Assembly: GCA_043803405.1 (NCBI GenBank)
Contig: JAZDKB010000009.1
Coordinates: forward strand, 64,001-128,000
Direction of reading: 5' to 3'
From: Spirochaetota bacterium
Lineage (GTDB): Bacteria; Spirochaetota; UBA4802; JAFGDQ01
Length of the DNA stretch: 64,000 nucleotides
Shown here: positions 9,632-19,788 of the stretch, one piece after another
How the letters are laid out: the number at the start of each line of letters is the position of its first letter
How positions within the stretch are numbered: position 1 is the stretch's first letter
Translations under genes and position numbers: made by a program
Notes under the pieces: model-generated
What the model saw: the letters and a program-made list of their open reading frames with translations, nothing else
Told to the model about the DNA's origin: nothing
The model's database searches: none

Positions 9632-11398
9632 CTAGTCTTTAAATCTCTGTTCCAGGGCTTTATATTCGTCCCAAATTGCTTTAGGCAGTTTATCTCCAAA
9701 CTGGTCAAAGAATTCCTTATGGCCTTTGAGTTCTTCACGCCAGTCATTTTTATCTATAGTCAGAATATCGGTTAAAGTATTTTTATTAATGTTCAATCCA
9801 TCTATATTAATATCTTCAGGCTTTGGAACATAGCCGATAGGTGTTTTGTTAGCTGATACCCTGTCAAAGCAACGATCGATTATCCATTTGATAACGCGCA
9901 GATTTTCGCCGTAACCCGGCCACAGGAACTTTCCCTTTTCGTCAAGACGGAACCAGTTTACGTTAAATATTTTCGGAGGATTTGGTATGCGGCTTCCCAT
10001 CGATAGCCAGTGTTTGAAATAATCTCCCATATTGTATCCGCAGAACGGGATCATGGCCATAGGATCACGCCGCACTTCGCCTTGCTTTCCGTACTGTGCA
10101 GCAGTGCGCTCGGAAGCCATGGTCGCGCCCATGTATACTCCGTGCTGCCAGCTTAAGGCCTGGTAAACAAGAGGAGCTACACGTGCCCTGCGTCCGCCGA
10201 AAAGAAAAGCGGAGATAGGAACGCCTTTAGGATCCTGCCAGCGCGGTGATATGCACGGGCATTGTTCCGCAGGAGCTGTAAAACGGCTGTTCGGATTTGC
10301 GCCCGGTTCCTTGGAATCCTTTGTCCACGGATCTCCCTTCCAGTCTGTTCCCTGATCTGGTGCAGGGCCGTCCATGCCCTCCCACCATACTGTTTTATCC
10401 GGTTTTAAAAGAACATTTGTATAAATAGTATTCTTTTTTACGGATTCCATTGCATTAGGATTTGTCTTATAATTAGTTCCAGGAGCAACGCCGAAAAATC
10501 CGTGTTCAGGATTTACTGCCCACAGCCTTCCGTCGTCTCCCACTCGCATCCATGATATATCGTCGCCAACTGTCCAGATTTTATACCCAGGCATGGAATC
10601 CGGAGGCACAAGCATTGCGAGGTTGGTTTTCCCGCAGGCGCTTGGGAACGCGCCGCCTATATAAGCGATCTCGCCTTTCGGATTTTCAACGCCCATAATC
10701 AGCATGTGCTCAGCCAGCCAGCCTTCGTTTTTCGCAAGATAACTCGCGATCCTCAGTGCAAGACATTTTTTACCCAGAAGAACATTGCCGCCGTAGCCGG
10801 AACCAACGCTCCATATAGCATTATCTTCAGGAAAATGACATATAAAGCGGCGGTCAATATTCAGATCCGCTTTCCCATGCAATCCCTTTGTAAATTCGCC
10901 GTTTGTGCCGAGTTCCTTCCAGGTGATATTACCCATAACCGTCATTATACGCATGTTGAGCACAACATATATGCTGTCTGTAATTTCTACTCCTATCTTA
11001 TTAAATGGAGATCCGGGAATTCCCATAATGAACGGGAGCACATACATTGTACGTCCTTTCATCGATCCTTCAAAAATCGCGCCGAGTTTTTTATACGCAT
11101 CCGGTGGGGACATCCAGTTATTCGTAGGTCCCGCATCTTCTTTTTTGCTGGTGCAAATAAAAGTCAGGTTCTCGGTCCGCGCAACATCGTTCTTCGCGGT
11201 ACGGTGGTAAACACAACCCGGCAGTTTCTCCTGGTTAAGCTCAATTAACTCTCCTGTGCGAAAAGCCTCGGCTGTAAGCGCGCGCTTTTCTTCTTCGGAA
11301 CCGTCCATCCAAAGAACAACATCCGGTTTTGTCATTTTCGCTACTTCTTCAACCCAAGCCAGAACTCCTTTATGTTCAGTAAGCGGTTGTTTCTGCAT
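9632..11398 (-). CDS. pckG: Phosphoenolpyruvate carboxykinase (GTP)
   Basis: GSGYGGN.LLGKKC.ALR, WLAEHM, FPSACGKTN, VGDDI, NSRF, FGGRR; start placed at ATG after GGAG. Confidence 0.96.
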   Translation of the reverse strand: MQKQPLTEHKGVLAWVEEVAKMTKPDVVLWMDGSEEEKRALTAEAFRTGELIELNQEKLPGCVYHRTAKNDVARTENLTFICTSKKEDAGPTNNWMSPPDAYKKLGAIFEGSMKGRTMYVLPFIMGIPGSPFNKIGVEITDSIYVVLNMRIMTVMGNITWKELGTNGEFTKGLHGKADLNIDRRFICHFPEDNAIWSVGSGYGGNVLLGKKCLALRIASYLAKNEGWLAEHMLIMGVENPKGEIAYIGGAFPSACGKTNLAMLVPPDSMPGYKIWTVGDDISWMRVGDDGRLWAVNPEHGFFGVAPGTNYKTNPNAMESVKKNTIYTNVLLKPDKTVWWEGMDGPAPDQGTDWKGDPWTKDSKEPGANPNSRFTAPAEQCPCISPRWQDPKGVPISAFLFGGRRARVAPLVYQALSWQHGVYMGATMASERTAAQYGKQGEVRRDPMAMIPFCGYNMGDYFKHWLSMGSRIPNPPKIFNVNWFRLDEKGKFLWPGYGENLRVIKWIIDRCFDRVSANKTPIGYVPKPEDINIDGLNINKNTLTDILTIDKNDWREELKGHKEFFDQFGDKLPKAIWDEYKALEQRFKD

Positions 11399-11643
11399 AT
11401 AGTTCTCCATTAGATATTAAATGTTCACGATCTTTTTCAATAATATTATAAAAAGGTAGATAACAAAAAAGCAATTAAAAAATATGGTAAATAATTATAA
11501 CCAAAAATGTAAAAGCAGTGTCAACAAAAATATTGATGCTCTTTTCGTGCTGATTTTATAATAGATTTCATTAATTTGAAAATAATATCTTGCAGGATTT
11601 ACTGCCTGTTATTAGTTTTTCTATTAATCTTCGGAATATTAAA

Positions 11644-13038
11644 ATGGACAAAAAATTCGGAACAGACTTAACAGTCGGAAGCATTCCCAGGCATCTTTTA
11701 TCATTTTCAATTCCGATGCTTATAGGCAATCTTATACAAATCGCTCATAGCATAATCAATACGATATGGGTCGGTCATTTAGTAGGCGAAAATGCGGTCG
11801 GCGCAGTTGGCGTCTCCTATCCTATTATTTTTCTGCTTGTCGGGTTGGTCTTCGGATTATCTATGTCCACAACAATTCTTATTGCTCAATATTACGGAGC
11901 AAAAGAATACGATATGGTTAAAAAAGCCGTAAATAATTCATTCGCACTGGCACTTATTATCGGTATAAGTTTGGCCGCCGCTGGCATAATCACGAGTGAT
12001 TATATCCTAAAACTTATGGATACTCCGGAAGAAAATTTCGGCATGGCATCCGCTTATCTTAAAATCAGCATGATTAGTTTTGTGCCTATGTATTTTGTTC
12101 TTTTAATAAGTTCAATACTAAGAGGCATAGGCGATACAGTTACGCCGTTAATGTTTATGGCCATAGGGGTAGGAATAAACGCTGTTCTTGATCCGTTTTT
12201 AATAGGCGGATTCGGACCCTTTCCCAGTAACGGGCTTACCGGAGCGGCTTATGCAACATTAATCGCGCAAATCGTAGCATTAATAATCAGCATGATCTAT
12301 CTCGACAGAAAAAATCATATAATAGCTTTCAACCCGAAAAAGCTATTGATCGAGAGTCGCATGACATTTCTCATTTTTAAGATCGGATTTCCGTCTATAA
12401 TACAACAGTCACTGATATATTTGAGCGCTATGTTCGTTACAACCTTCGTTAACTCCTTCGGCAGTGCTGCAACAAACGCGTTCGGTGCAGTCCAAAGAGT
12501 TGATATGGTCGCTTTTCTTCCGGCATTGTCCATGAGCATTGCTGCTGCTACTCTTACCGGTCAAAACATAGGAGCAGGCAAACCGCATAGAGTAAAAGAA
12601 ATATTTAAATGGGGCGTTATTATGAATTCATTAATAACTCTTCTGATATCTCTTGGGGTTGTTTTGTTTTCTAACACTATATTTGTAATATTCGGCATAG
12701 GGGGTGATGCCGAGGTGGTCGGGATAGGAATAACTTATCTGCATATTGTAGGTTCATGCTACATTTTTTTTGCAATCATGTTTATATCAAACGGAATAAT
12801 TAACGGTGCCGGCCATACAATAATTACCATGCTTTTTTCTGTAATTACATTATGGCTGGTCAGGGTTCCGCTTTCATGGTACTTATCGAAAACCAGCCTT
12901 GGAATTATCGGTATATGGGTAGCCGTATCTCTAAGCTTTGTGGTAACAATGGCAATAAGTCTTGCATATTACTTTTCCGGCAGGTGGAAGAAATCGGCGA
13001 TCATTAAACCGGTATTAGAGCCTACGATTATGGAGTAA
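11644..13038 (+). CDS. MATE family efflux transporter
   Basis: DLT.GSI..HLL.FSIP, QYYGA, LRGIGDT.TP, GAAYAT, GQNIGA; about 12 TM. Confidence 0.92.
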   Translation: MDKKFGTDLTVGSIPRHLLSFSIPMLIGNLIQIAHSIINTIWVGHLVGENAVGAVGVSYPIIFLLVGLVFGLSMSTTILIAQYYGAKEYDMVKKAVNNSFALALIIGISLAAAGIITSDYILKLMDTPEENFGMASAYLKISMISFVPMYFVLLISSILRGIGDTVTPLMFMAIGVGINAVLDPFLIGGFGPFPSNGLTGAAYATLIAQIVALIISMIYLDRKNHIIAFNPKKLLIESRMTFLIFKIGFPSIIQQSLIYLSAMFVTTFVNSFGSAATNAFGAVQRVDMVAFLPALSMSIAAATLTGQNIGAGKPHRVKEIFKWGVIMNSLITLLISLGVVLFSNTIFVIFGIGGDAEVVGIGITYLHIVGSCYIFFAIMFISNGIINGAGHTIITMLFSVITLWLVRVPLSWYLSKTSLGIIGIWVAVSLSFVVTMAISLAYYFSGRWKKSAIIKPVLEPTIME

Positions 13039-13058
13039 AATTTATAATTCCACTAATT

Positions 13059-13226
13059 TTATTTCTTTGCTTTTTTTAAATTATCAGCAATAAATTTTTT
13101 CAAAGCTTCGTTAATAACATCAGTAGTTGTCATTGTGAAGCCGGCCTTTTTACTCTGATCAGCAGCCAGTTTCTTTATTTTATCGATAATGTCTTTTTCA
13201 AGCCAGATGTTTAATTGTTCTTTCAT
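13059..13226 (-). CDS. Small ribbon-helix-helix (CopG/Arc-like) protein, 55 aa, absent from the ORF track
   Basis: Hand translation MKEQLNIWLEKDIIDKIKKLAADQSKKAGFTMTTTDVINEALKKFIADNLKKAKK; alternating beta strand, helix, G-x-T-x-T-D-V-I-N-E-A-L helix. Confidence 0.7.
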   Translation of the reverse strand: MKEQLNIWLEKDIIDKIKKLAADQSKKAGFTMTTTDVINEALKKFIADNLKKAKK

Positions 13227-13314
13227 CGCAATAAAATATAAAAAATTATAGCAATCGTAAAGTAAAAAATTAAAAAGTATAAAAAATTATGGGATTTATT
13301 TTATGCCTAGCAGG

Positions 13315-13342
13315 ATAAATGACAAATGCAACTGTCATTTAT
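13315..13342 (-). terminator. Hairpin downstream of the hdr-flx operon
   Basis: ATAAATGACA-N8-TGTCATTTAT. Confidence 0.4.
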
Positions 13343-13376
13343 AAATAATTATAAAAATATAACCTAAAAATTCAGC

Positions 13377-14213
13377 CTAGGCTTCGTCCGGAAGCTCTTT
13401 AAGCTCTTTAAGCGAAAAGACGGGGCCGTCTTTGCATACATACTTGTGGCCGATGTTGCAGCGGCCGCAAAGGCCTATCCCGCATTTCATTCTCTTTTCG
13501 AGTGTTGTAATGATCTGCTCATCCGGGAACTTGAGTTCAGCCAGACCTTCGAGCACAAACTTGATCATGATCGGAGGGCCGCAGGTTATAGCAACCGTAT
13601 TGTCCGGCTTGGGCGCGGTTTCCTTTAAAACTGTAGGCACAAAACCCACTCTCTTTTCCCATCCGGGAAACTGAGAATCTACTGTCAAAATTAAATTTAC
13701 ATCTTTCCTGGATTCCCACTCTTTGACATCTTCCTTAAAGCAAAGGTCGGCAGGAGTCCTTGCGCCGTATATAATTGTAATGTCCTTATAATCAGCACGG
13801 TTATCGAGCATATAAAGGATGAGTGTTCTAAGAGGCGCCATACCTATACCGCCGCCAATGAACAATATATTCTTGCCTTTCATTTTTTCATAAGGAAAAT
13901 AATTCCCTAGTGGAGCCCGGACGCCAATCTGGTCACCTTCGTACAGGTTGTGAAGAGCGCTGGTAACCTCGCCTGCTTTCATTACGCTGAATTGCAGATA
14001 TTCCATACGCGTAGGCGGAGTGTTGATTACAAAGGTTGACTCGCCTGCTCCAAAAACAGACAGCTGTCCAACCTGACCCGGCTGAAACCTGAAGGATTTC
14101 ATCTTTTCCGGATCATTAAAAACGACCTGAAAAGATTTAATATTCGGAGTCTCGTCTATTATACGCTTTACTGTCGCCATATCCGGTATATATGGATTTT
14201 GATTCATTGCCAT
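13377..14213 (-). CDS. flxA: FAD/NAD-binding [2Fe-2S] oxidoreductase subunit (FlxA/AsrB-like)
   Basis: FQPGQ, RAPLGN, GGGIGMAP, CGPPIM, CGIGLCGRC...VCKDGPVF; position in hdr-flx cluster. Confidence 0.85.
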   Translation of the reverse strand: MAMNQNPYIPDMATVKRIIDETPNIKSFQVVFNDPEKMKSFRFQPGQVGQLSVFGAGESTFVINTPPTRMEYLQFSVMKAGEVTSALHNLYEGDQIGVRAPLGNYFPYEKMKGKNILFIGGGIGMAPLRTLILYMLDNRADYKDITIIYGARTPADLCFKEDVKEWESRKDVNLILTVDSQFPGWEKRVGFVPTVLKETAPKPDNTVAITCGPPIMIKFVLEGLAELKFPDEQIITTLEKRMKCGIGLCGRCNIGHKYVCKDGPVFSLKELKELPDEA

Positions 14214-14229
14214 TCTATAAACTCCCTAA

Positions 14230-14364
14230 ACTCATCTCGTCAGGTGCAAACGAGCTTCCTGCTCGCACCTGACACTAAGGCATCCTGCCTGTCGCCTAAC
14301 CCCCATTGAAAAAATGTCTTTTTACCCCTTCTTTGCGTAGCAGAGAGGGGGATAGGGGGTGAGT
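14230..14364. repeat. Composite REP-like palindrome cluster inside the flx operon
   Basis: GTCAGGTG..CGAGC-TTCCT-GCTCG-CACCTGAC; AGGC-ATCCT-GCCT; CCCCTTCTTTGC-GTA-GCAGAGAGGGG followed by ATAGGGGGTGAG. Confidence 0.7.
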
Positions 14365-14392
14365 AAAAATTACATTCTAAAACAAATACGTA

Positions 14393-15463
14393 TTATTTAT
14401 TTCCCAGGGTTCTTTCTGTCTTTGGATCTTTCAAATCTCCGGCTATTTTGCTGATATCAACCGACACAGGGCAATATCTTATGCACCGGCCGCAGCCGCA
14501 GCAGGCAATTACGCCATTATATTTTTCAGGATAATAAGAAAACTTATGGCCTACCCTGTTCTTGTAACGTTTAAATTTAGTTGGCCTCGGATTATGCCCG
14601 CTCGTTTCAAGAGTAAAATGGTTGAACATGCAGGCATCCCATGTCCTTATCCGCTCTCCATTTAATCTGGTTTTCTCATCGGTAATATTAAAACAATAAC
14701 AAGTCGGACATAGATATGTACATGCGCCGCAGCTTATGCATTTACTTACTGACTTTTCCCAGAACTCATCCGAATTAAATAATGCCGGATTTACTTTTTC
14801 AGTCGCATTTGCAGGAAATGGATTCTTTATTTTTTTAGCTGCTTCCGATTTTATTTTCGCCGCTTTATCTTTATAGGACGATCCATCCTGCATGCCGGAT
14901 GCCTTCATTATCGCTTTGCCTTTTTCAGTCACTGCCTCAAAATAATATCCGTTATCTACTTCAGTCATGATGACATCAGAGCCAGCAGTATCAGCCGGAC
15001 TGCCACCTACAGCAGTGCAGAAACATCCTGCGAACGGAGCTTCGCAGCTCTGCGATATTACCGTAGTCTTCTCGCGATGCTCTTTATAATACGGATCAGC
15101 TGTATCTGTCTCTATGAACACCCTGTCATATATAGTAAAACCTTTTGCGTCGCACGGACGGCATCCGAAAATCACGGCCTTGGGATAATTTCCCCCGGAT
15201 TTTACTTCAATATCAACTTTTTTCGGATCATTCGGATCATTCTTTTTAAATTCAAAAGTCATGAGAGTTTCACACTGAGGATACATAATACTCTTGGGCG
15301 GTACGTTTGCGGGTTTATCAAGACACAAATCCGATTCCCTGCTGAAAGTCTTGAAAAGGACAATGTCCCCTTCTATAACAGGCGCATATACAACCGCCTC
15401 TTTTGCCAGTGCTTCGAGAAAATCTTTAACTTTCTCTTTTGGTAGAAATCCTGTGTCTGCCAT
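14393..15463 (-). CDS. flxB: 4Fe-4S dicluster protein (FlxB/AsrA-like)
   Basis: GCRPCD, CFC, CISCGACTYLCPTCYCF, GHNPR, CCGCGRCIRYCP. Confidence 0.85.
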   Translation of the reverse strand: MADTGFLPKEKVKDFLEALAKEAVVYAPVIEGDIVLFKTFSRESDLCLDKPANVPPKSIMYPQCETLMTFEFKKNDPNDPKKVDIEVKSGGNYPKAVIFGCRPCDAKGFTIYDRVFIETDTADPYYKEHREKTTVISQSCEAPFAGCFCTAVGGSPADTAGSDVIMTEVDNGYYFEAVTEKGKAIMKASGMQDGSSYKDKAAKIKSEAAKKIKNPFPANATEKVNPALFNSDEFWEKSVSKCISCGACTYLCPTCYCFNITDEKTRLNGERIRTWDACMFNHFTLETSGHNPRPTKFKRYKNRVGHKFSYYPEKYNGVIACCGCGRCIRYCPVSVDISKIAGDLKDPKTERTLGNK

Positions 15464-16413
15464 TAGAGTTTATGCTCCTTAATTTTCGCTTCATCAACGT
15501 TAAACGTATACATTGGAGGCTTTTCCTCCGGATTGACGCCCGGAGTATAATCGAATAATTCCTTCATAACCGAATTTATCTTTTTCTTGAGCTTCGCAAC
15601 CGGAATATCCATAGGGCACACGCGCTCGCATTCGCCGCATTCCACACAACGCCCGGCCAGATGAACTGCATGAATCATATGAAACATCATCTTTTCTTCA
15701 GACGATAGTTTCTGGGTAATCCAGTGCGGGTCGCGCGTCTCAGCAATGCAGCTGTCCTGGCATACGCACATAGGGCACGCATTGCGGCACGCGTAACAGC
15801 GTATACATTTATCGAATTCCTTTGCAAAGTAAGCTTTGCGTTCTTCCAGCGACTTCGTCTCAAATTCCTTTACATCATCATAAACGCTTTCTGCCGGTTT
15901 TGTCGGCTTAATGGGATCGCCAACTAAATAATCATAAACAATCGGTGTAGGATATTGACAGGTCTTGCATTTGTCCGGACAAACATCGGCAATCGCCAGT
16001 GTCTTTTCACCTTTCGGCGTTTTAACAATAATATTTCCGTTGGTAAACTTTACGTCCTCAACAGGCTGCTGATCAACCGCCTTAAGCACTTTCTTTACGC
16101 TGACAACTCCGGTGCAAGGAATGCCGATTATAATAACATTGTTCCTGTCTATCAGGCCTTCCTGCATATACTGAACTATGGTCCTGCTATCACAGCCTTT
16201 CACTACAACAGCCGCCTTTTTCTTTAAGAACGGCAGATAGCTGGCGAGGTTCTGGGCACAAAGAGGATTCCATATTACCCTTTCAATGTCTTTGGTGTCC
16301 TTAATATAAAGAGGAGTGGCATGAAGTTTATCAAAGCCCTGCTCCCATGTGATTACGGTTCCCGCGTCAGATAAAACTTTATTTATAATTTCTTTCAACT
16401 TATCGATACTCAA
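15463..16413 (-). CDS. flxC: 4Fe-4S protein (FlxC/FdhB-like)
   Basis: KGCDSR, CIRCYACRNACPMCVC, HLAGRCVECGECERVCP. Confidence 0.82.
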   Translation of the reverse strand: MSIDKLKEIINKVLSDAGTVITWEQGFDKLHATPLYIKDTKDIERVIWNPLCAQNLASYLPFLKKKAAVVVKGCDSRTIVQYMQEGLIDRNNVIIIGIPCTGVVSVKKVLKAVDQQPVEDVKFTNGNIIVKTPKGEKTLAIADVCPDKCKTCQYPTPIVYDYLVGDPIKPTKPAESVYDDVKEFETKSLEERKAYFAKEFDKCIRCYACRNACPMCVCQDSCIAETRDPHWITQKLSSEEKMMFHMIHAVHLAGRCVECGECERVCPMDIPVAKLKKKINSVMKELFDYTPGVNPEEKPPMYTFNVDEAKIKEHKL

Positions 16414-16841
16414 GACGCTTTCTCCTTCTTCTCATGCAGAGGCCCAAGTTCGTGAACCTTTCTGGTAAAATTGGTTACCACCTGCTGCCATTTCTGTCCT
16501 TCAGAGGCAGAAACCCATGTATAATGAAATCTTCTTTCGTCTATTCCGGTAAACTGTAACAGTCTTTTCAGCATCTCAAGCCTGCGCCTTGCATAATAGT
16601 TCCCTTCTGAATAGTGACAATCTCTTGGATGACAACCGGAAACAAGAACTCCGTCTGCACCGTTTAAAAGAGCCCTTACAACAAAAAGCGGATCTACACG
16701 GCCCGAACAGGGAACGCGTATAATTCGAAGATCGGTAGGCTGTCTAAAACGGCTTACTCCGGCAGTATCGGCCCCGCCGTACGAACACCAGTTGCAGAGA
16801 AAACCGACAATTCTAAGTTCTTTTACGTCTACATCTGACAT
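16410..16841 (-). CDS. flxD: MvhD/FlxD [2Fe-2S] subunit
   Basis: FLCNWCSY.GAD.AG, RVPCSGRVDP, GCHPRDCHY, WVSASEG. Confidence 0.9.
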   Translation of the reverse strand: MSDVDVKELRIVGFLCNWCSYGGADTAGVSRFRQPTDLRIIRVPCSGRVDPLFVVRALLNGADGVLVSGCHPRDCHYSEGNYYARRRLEMLKRLLQFTGIDERRFHYTWVSASEGQKWQQVVTNFTRKVHELGPLHEKKEKAS

Positions 16842-18790
16842 ATCGCGCTAACCTCCGATAATATCTGGTTATCCGTAAAATGCTGGAGCTGTATTGCCCC
16901 GCAAGGACATGTCGAAGTGCACACGCCGCATCCTGCGCATACGGTCTCTATAACCTTGGCGACTTTCTTGCCATTTCTTAAAGTATCTTCAACTATAGCC
17001 TGGAAAGGACATGTTTTAACGCATTTAAAACATCCCACGCATGCATTGATATTTACCTGTGATATAGCCGGATCCGATTCCAACATATCCTTAGAGAAAA
17101 GCGAAAGCACCTTGGCTGCAGCTGCACTACCCTGCCCTACAGATTGCGGAATATCCTTCGGCCCCTGGCATGCGCCAGCCAAATATACACCGGATGTATT
17201 TGTTTCAACCGGCCTTAGCTTCGGATGGCTCTCGACATAGAACCCGAACGTATCGTAAGAAATATGAAGCTTCTCAGCCATCTGTGCAGCGCCTTCTGCG
17301 GAAACTGCGGCTGTTGCCAACACAACGAGATCAGCTTCTATCTCCACCTGTGTGCCAAGCAGAGTATCTGCACCGCGCACTACCATCTTTTTCCCTTTCG
17401 GGTATATCCTGGAAACCCGGCCGCGTATATATTGCGCGCCGTATTCTTCCTGTGCCCTGCGTGTAAATTCATCATAGCCTTTGCCGGGCGAACGTATATC
17501 CATATAAAATACATAAGACTGCGAATCCGGAATATGATCCTTGGTAAGAATTGCCTGTTTTGCAATGTACATACAGCAGAAACCCGAACAGTAAGGCACG
17601 CCGATCGATTTATCCCTTGAACCCGCACATGATACAAAAACGATCGTTTTGGGCTCCGTATGGTCGGACGGCCTCACGATGTGGCCGGAAGTCGGGCCGG
17701 ATGCGTTCAGTAGTCTCTCATACTGAATACCGGAAATAACATCCGGGTAGCGGGTTCCGCCGTACTCAGTAAGAATATCCTGATTGAGTAATCCGTAACC
17801 TGTTGCCACTACAATTGCGCCGACATCTTCTGTTACTATCTCGTCCTGCATTTCATAATTGATCGCGCCTGTGGGGCACATTTTCGCGCACACACCGCAC
17901 TTGCCCTTTACAAACTGCCTGCAATATTTTGGGTCGATTTTTGCTTTTTTTGGAATAGCCTGCGGAAACGGAATATTGATGGCGCGGGTCGGTGCGACTC
18001 CAAAATTAAAATAATCGTAAGAATTCTTTGACGGACATTTTTCCATGCACAATCCGCAGCCCGTGCATTTTGTCCAGTCCACATAAGTTGCCTTTTTTCT
18101 GATCTTTATCTGATAATTACCAACATATCCTTTTATTTCTTCGATCTCGGAATACGCATAAAGTTTAATTTTTTCATGCTGACCCACATCTACCATCTTG
18201 GGGCCAAGTATACAGATGGAACAATCAACTGTCGGGAATGTTTTATCGAGACGCGCCATTATGCCGCCGACTGCAGGGCTTTTTTCCACAAGGACAACGT
18301 CAAGTCCTCCGTCAGCGCAATCAAGCGCTGACTGCATTCCCGCAACTCCTCCGCCTATAACAAGAACGCGTTTATTTATTTTGAAAGATGACGGAAAGAG
18401 TGGCTTGTTCTGCATAACTTTTGCAACAGCCATGCTGACAGCATCAATAGCTTTATTTGTATTTAGTTCTTTATCTGCCCCTATCCATGCTATATGTTCC
18501 CTGATATTTGCCATTTCCAGGAAATATTTGTTCAAACCAGCCTTCTGGATCGTCTTGCGGAAAGTGTTTTCGTGCATACGAGGCGAGCATGCTGCAACAA
18601 CAACCCTGTCAAGGTGCTCACGTTCAATAGCGGCTTTTATCTCATTCTGCCCGGGCTCAGAGCATGTATACATATAGTTTGTTGCGTAAGCAACACCAGG
18701 TATCTTCCTTACCTCGGCTGCTACCCTGGCGACATCGACTGTACCCGCGATGTTGCTACCGCAATGGCAAATAAAAACACCTACGCGCAT
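16829..18790 (-). CDS. hdrA: Heterodisulfide reductase subunit A
   Basis: GVFICHCG, AACSP..HE, ANIRE, GGGVAG, LDKTFPT.DCS.C, CAGSRD, YCS.FCCMY, several ferredoxin motifs. Confidence 0.96.
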   Translation of the reverse strand: MRVGVFICHCGSNIAGTVDVARVAAEVRKIPGVAYATNYMYTCSEPGQNEIKAAIEREHLDRVVVAACSPRMHENTFRKTIQKAGLNKYFLEMANIREHIAWIGADKELNTNKAIDAVSMAVAKVMQNKPLFPSSFKINKRVLVIGGGVAGMQSALDCADGGLDVVLVEKSPAVGGIMARLDKTFPTVDCSICILGPKMVDVGQHEKIKLYAYSEIEEIKGYVGNYQIKIRKKATYVDWTKCTGCGLCMEKCPSKNSYDYFNFGVAPTRAINIPFPQAIPKKAKIDPKYCRQFVKGKCGVCAKMCPTGAINYEMQDEIVTEDVGAIVVATGYGLLNQDILTEYGGTRYPDVISGIQYERLLNASGPTSGHIVRPSDHTEPKTIVFVSCAGSRDKSIGVPYCSGFCCMYIAKQAILTKDHIPDSQSYVFYMDIRSPGKGYDEFTRRAQEEYGAQYIRGRVSRIYPKGKKMVVRGADTLLGTQVEIEADLVVLATAAVSAEGAAQMAEKLHISYDTFGFYVESHPKLRPVETNTSGVYLAGACQGPKDIPQSVGQGSAAAAKVLSLFSKDMLESDPAISQVNINACVGCFKCVKTCPFQAIVEDTLRNGKKVAKVIETVCAGCGVCTSTCPCGAIQLQHFTDNQILSEVSAICQM

Positions 18791-18830
18791 TTAACCGGTC
18801 TCCTCTGTATATGCATTTTGTATCTCATAT

Positions 18831-19787
18831 TTATTCGCTTTCATTCGCTTTGGGATTTGCTTTCACTTTCTTTACCAAAGCATCATTTTCAACTTTTTTA
18901 TCGTACTCGCTTTTAGACAACCTGTTCTTTAAAAGCTTATCCGGGCTGACAATTACTTTATTTATTCCTAATTCCTTTGGAGAATATCCGTATGCAAGCC
19001 CGATGATCTGTGTAAAATAAAGTATAGGGATATCGAATTTTGAACCCATAAGCTTGTTGATCTGATCCTGCCGGAGATCCAGGTTCATCTGGCATACGGG
19101 ACATGCCACTACAATACAGTTCGCTCCTGCGTCGATTGCCATATCGAGCACTTTATATGAAAGCTCATTTACCATTTTTATTTTAGGCAGGCCGAATGCT
19201 GCTCCGCAGCATTCTGTTTTAAATGCAAAATCGCGGACTTCAACGCCGATCGCTGAAAGTACTTTATCCATCGCGATCGGGTTTTCGGGGTCATCAAACT
19301 TAGCAACTTCCGGCGGCCTGTTCAGAATGCATCCATAGTAAGGTGCGACCTTAAGATCGGGAAATACATATTTTACTTTAGAAGCAACTGCTTCCAGTCC
19401 AATATCTTCATAAATAATCTGTAAAGTGGATTTCGCTTCTATATTGCAGTTATATGGCTCATCAAGAAGTTCGTTAACTTCTTTTTTAAATTTCTCATCA
19501 GCCATTCTATGATTTGCTTCTTTAAATGATGATAAACATGACGGACATGGAGTCGTAATTAAAGGCATTTTCATTTTATCAACAAGTGTCAGGTTGCGCG
19601 CCGCTACAGCAGCTGCCAGTACATGATTTACGGTGTGCGCAGGAGTCGAACCGCAGCAGCTCCAGTCTTTCGGTTCAATAAGACCAACTCCGAGAGCTTT
19701 CATTACAACCTGTACAGATTGATCATATTCCTTTGCAGTGCCTTCGAGAGAGCAGCCGGAATAATATGCATATTCTTTTTCAGCCAT
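18831..19787 (-). CDS. hdrB: Heterodisulfide reductase subunit B
   Basis: YYSGCS, two CCG motifs, YYGC, CPVCQMNLD. Confidence 0.94.
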   Translation of the reverse strand: MAEKEYAYYSGCSLEGTAKEYDQSVQVVMKALGVGLIEPKDWSCCGSTPAHTVNHVLAAAVAARNLTLVDKMKMPLITTPCPSCLSSFKEANHRMADEKFKKEVNELLDEPYNCNIEAKSTLQIIYEDIGLEAVASKVKYVFPDLKVAPYYGCILNRPPEVAKFDDPENPIAMDKVLSAIGVEVRDFAFKTECCGAAFGLPKIKMVNELSYKVLDMAIDAGANCIVVACPVCQMNLDLRQDQINKLMGSKFDIPILYFTQIIGLAYGYSPKELGINKVIVSPDKLLKNRLSKSEYDKKVENDALVKKVKANPKANESE

Positions 19788-19788
19788 T

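Noticed and set aside
16410..18790. Selenocysteine recoding in HdrA or MvhD/FlxD
   Set aside because: Both frames are open with Cys at the relevant motifs; no in-frame TGA
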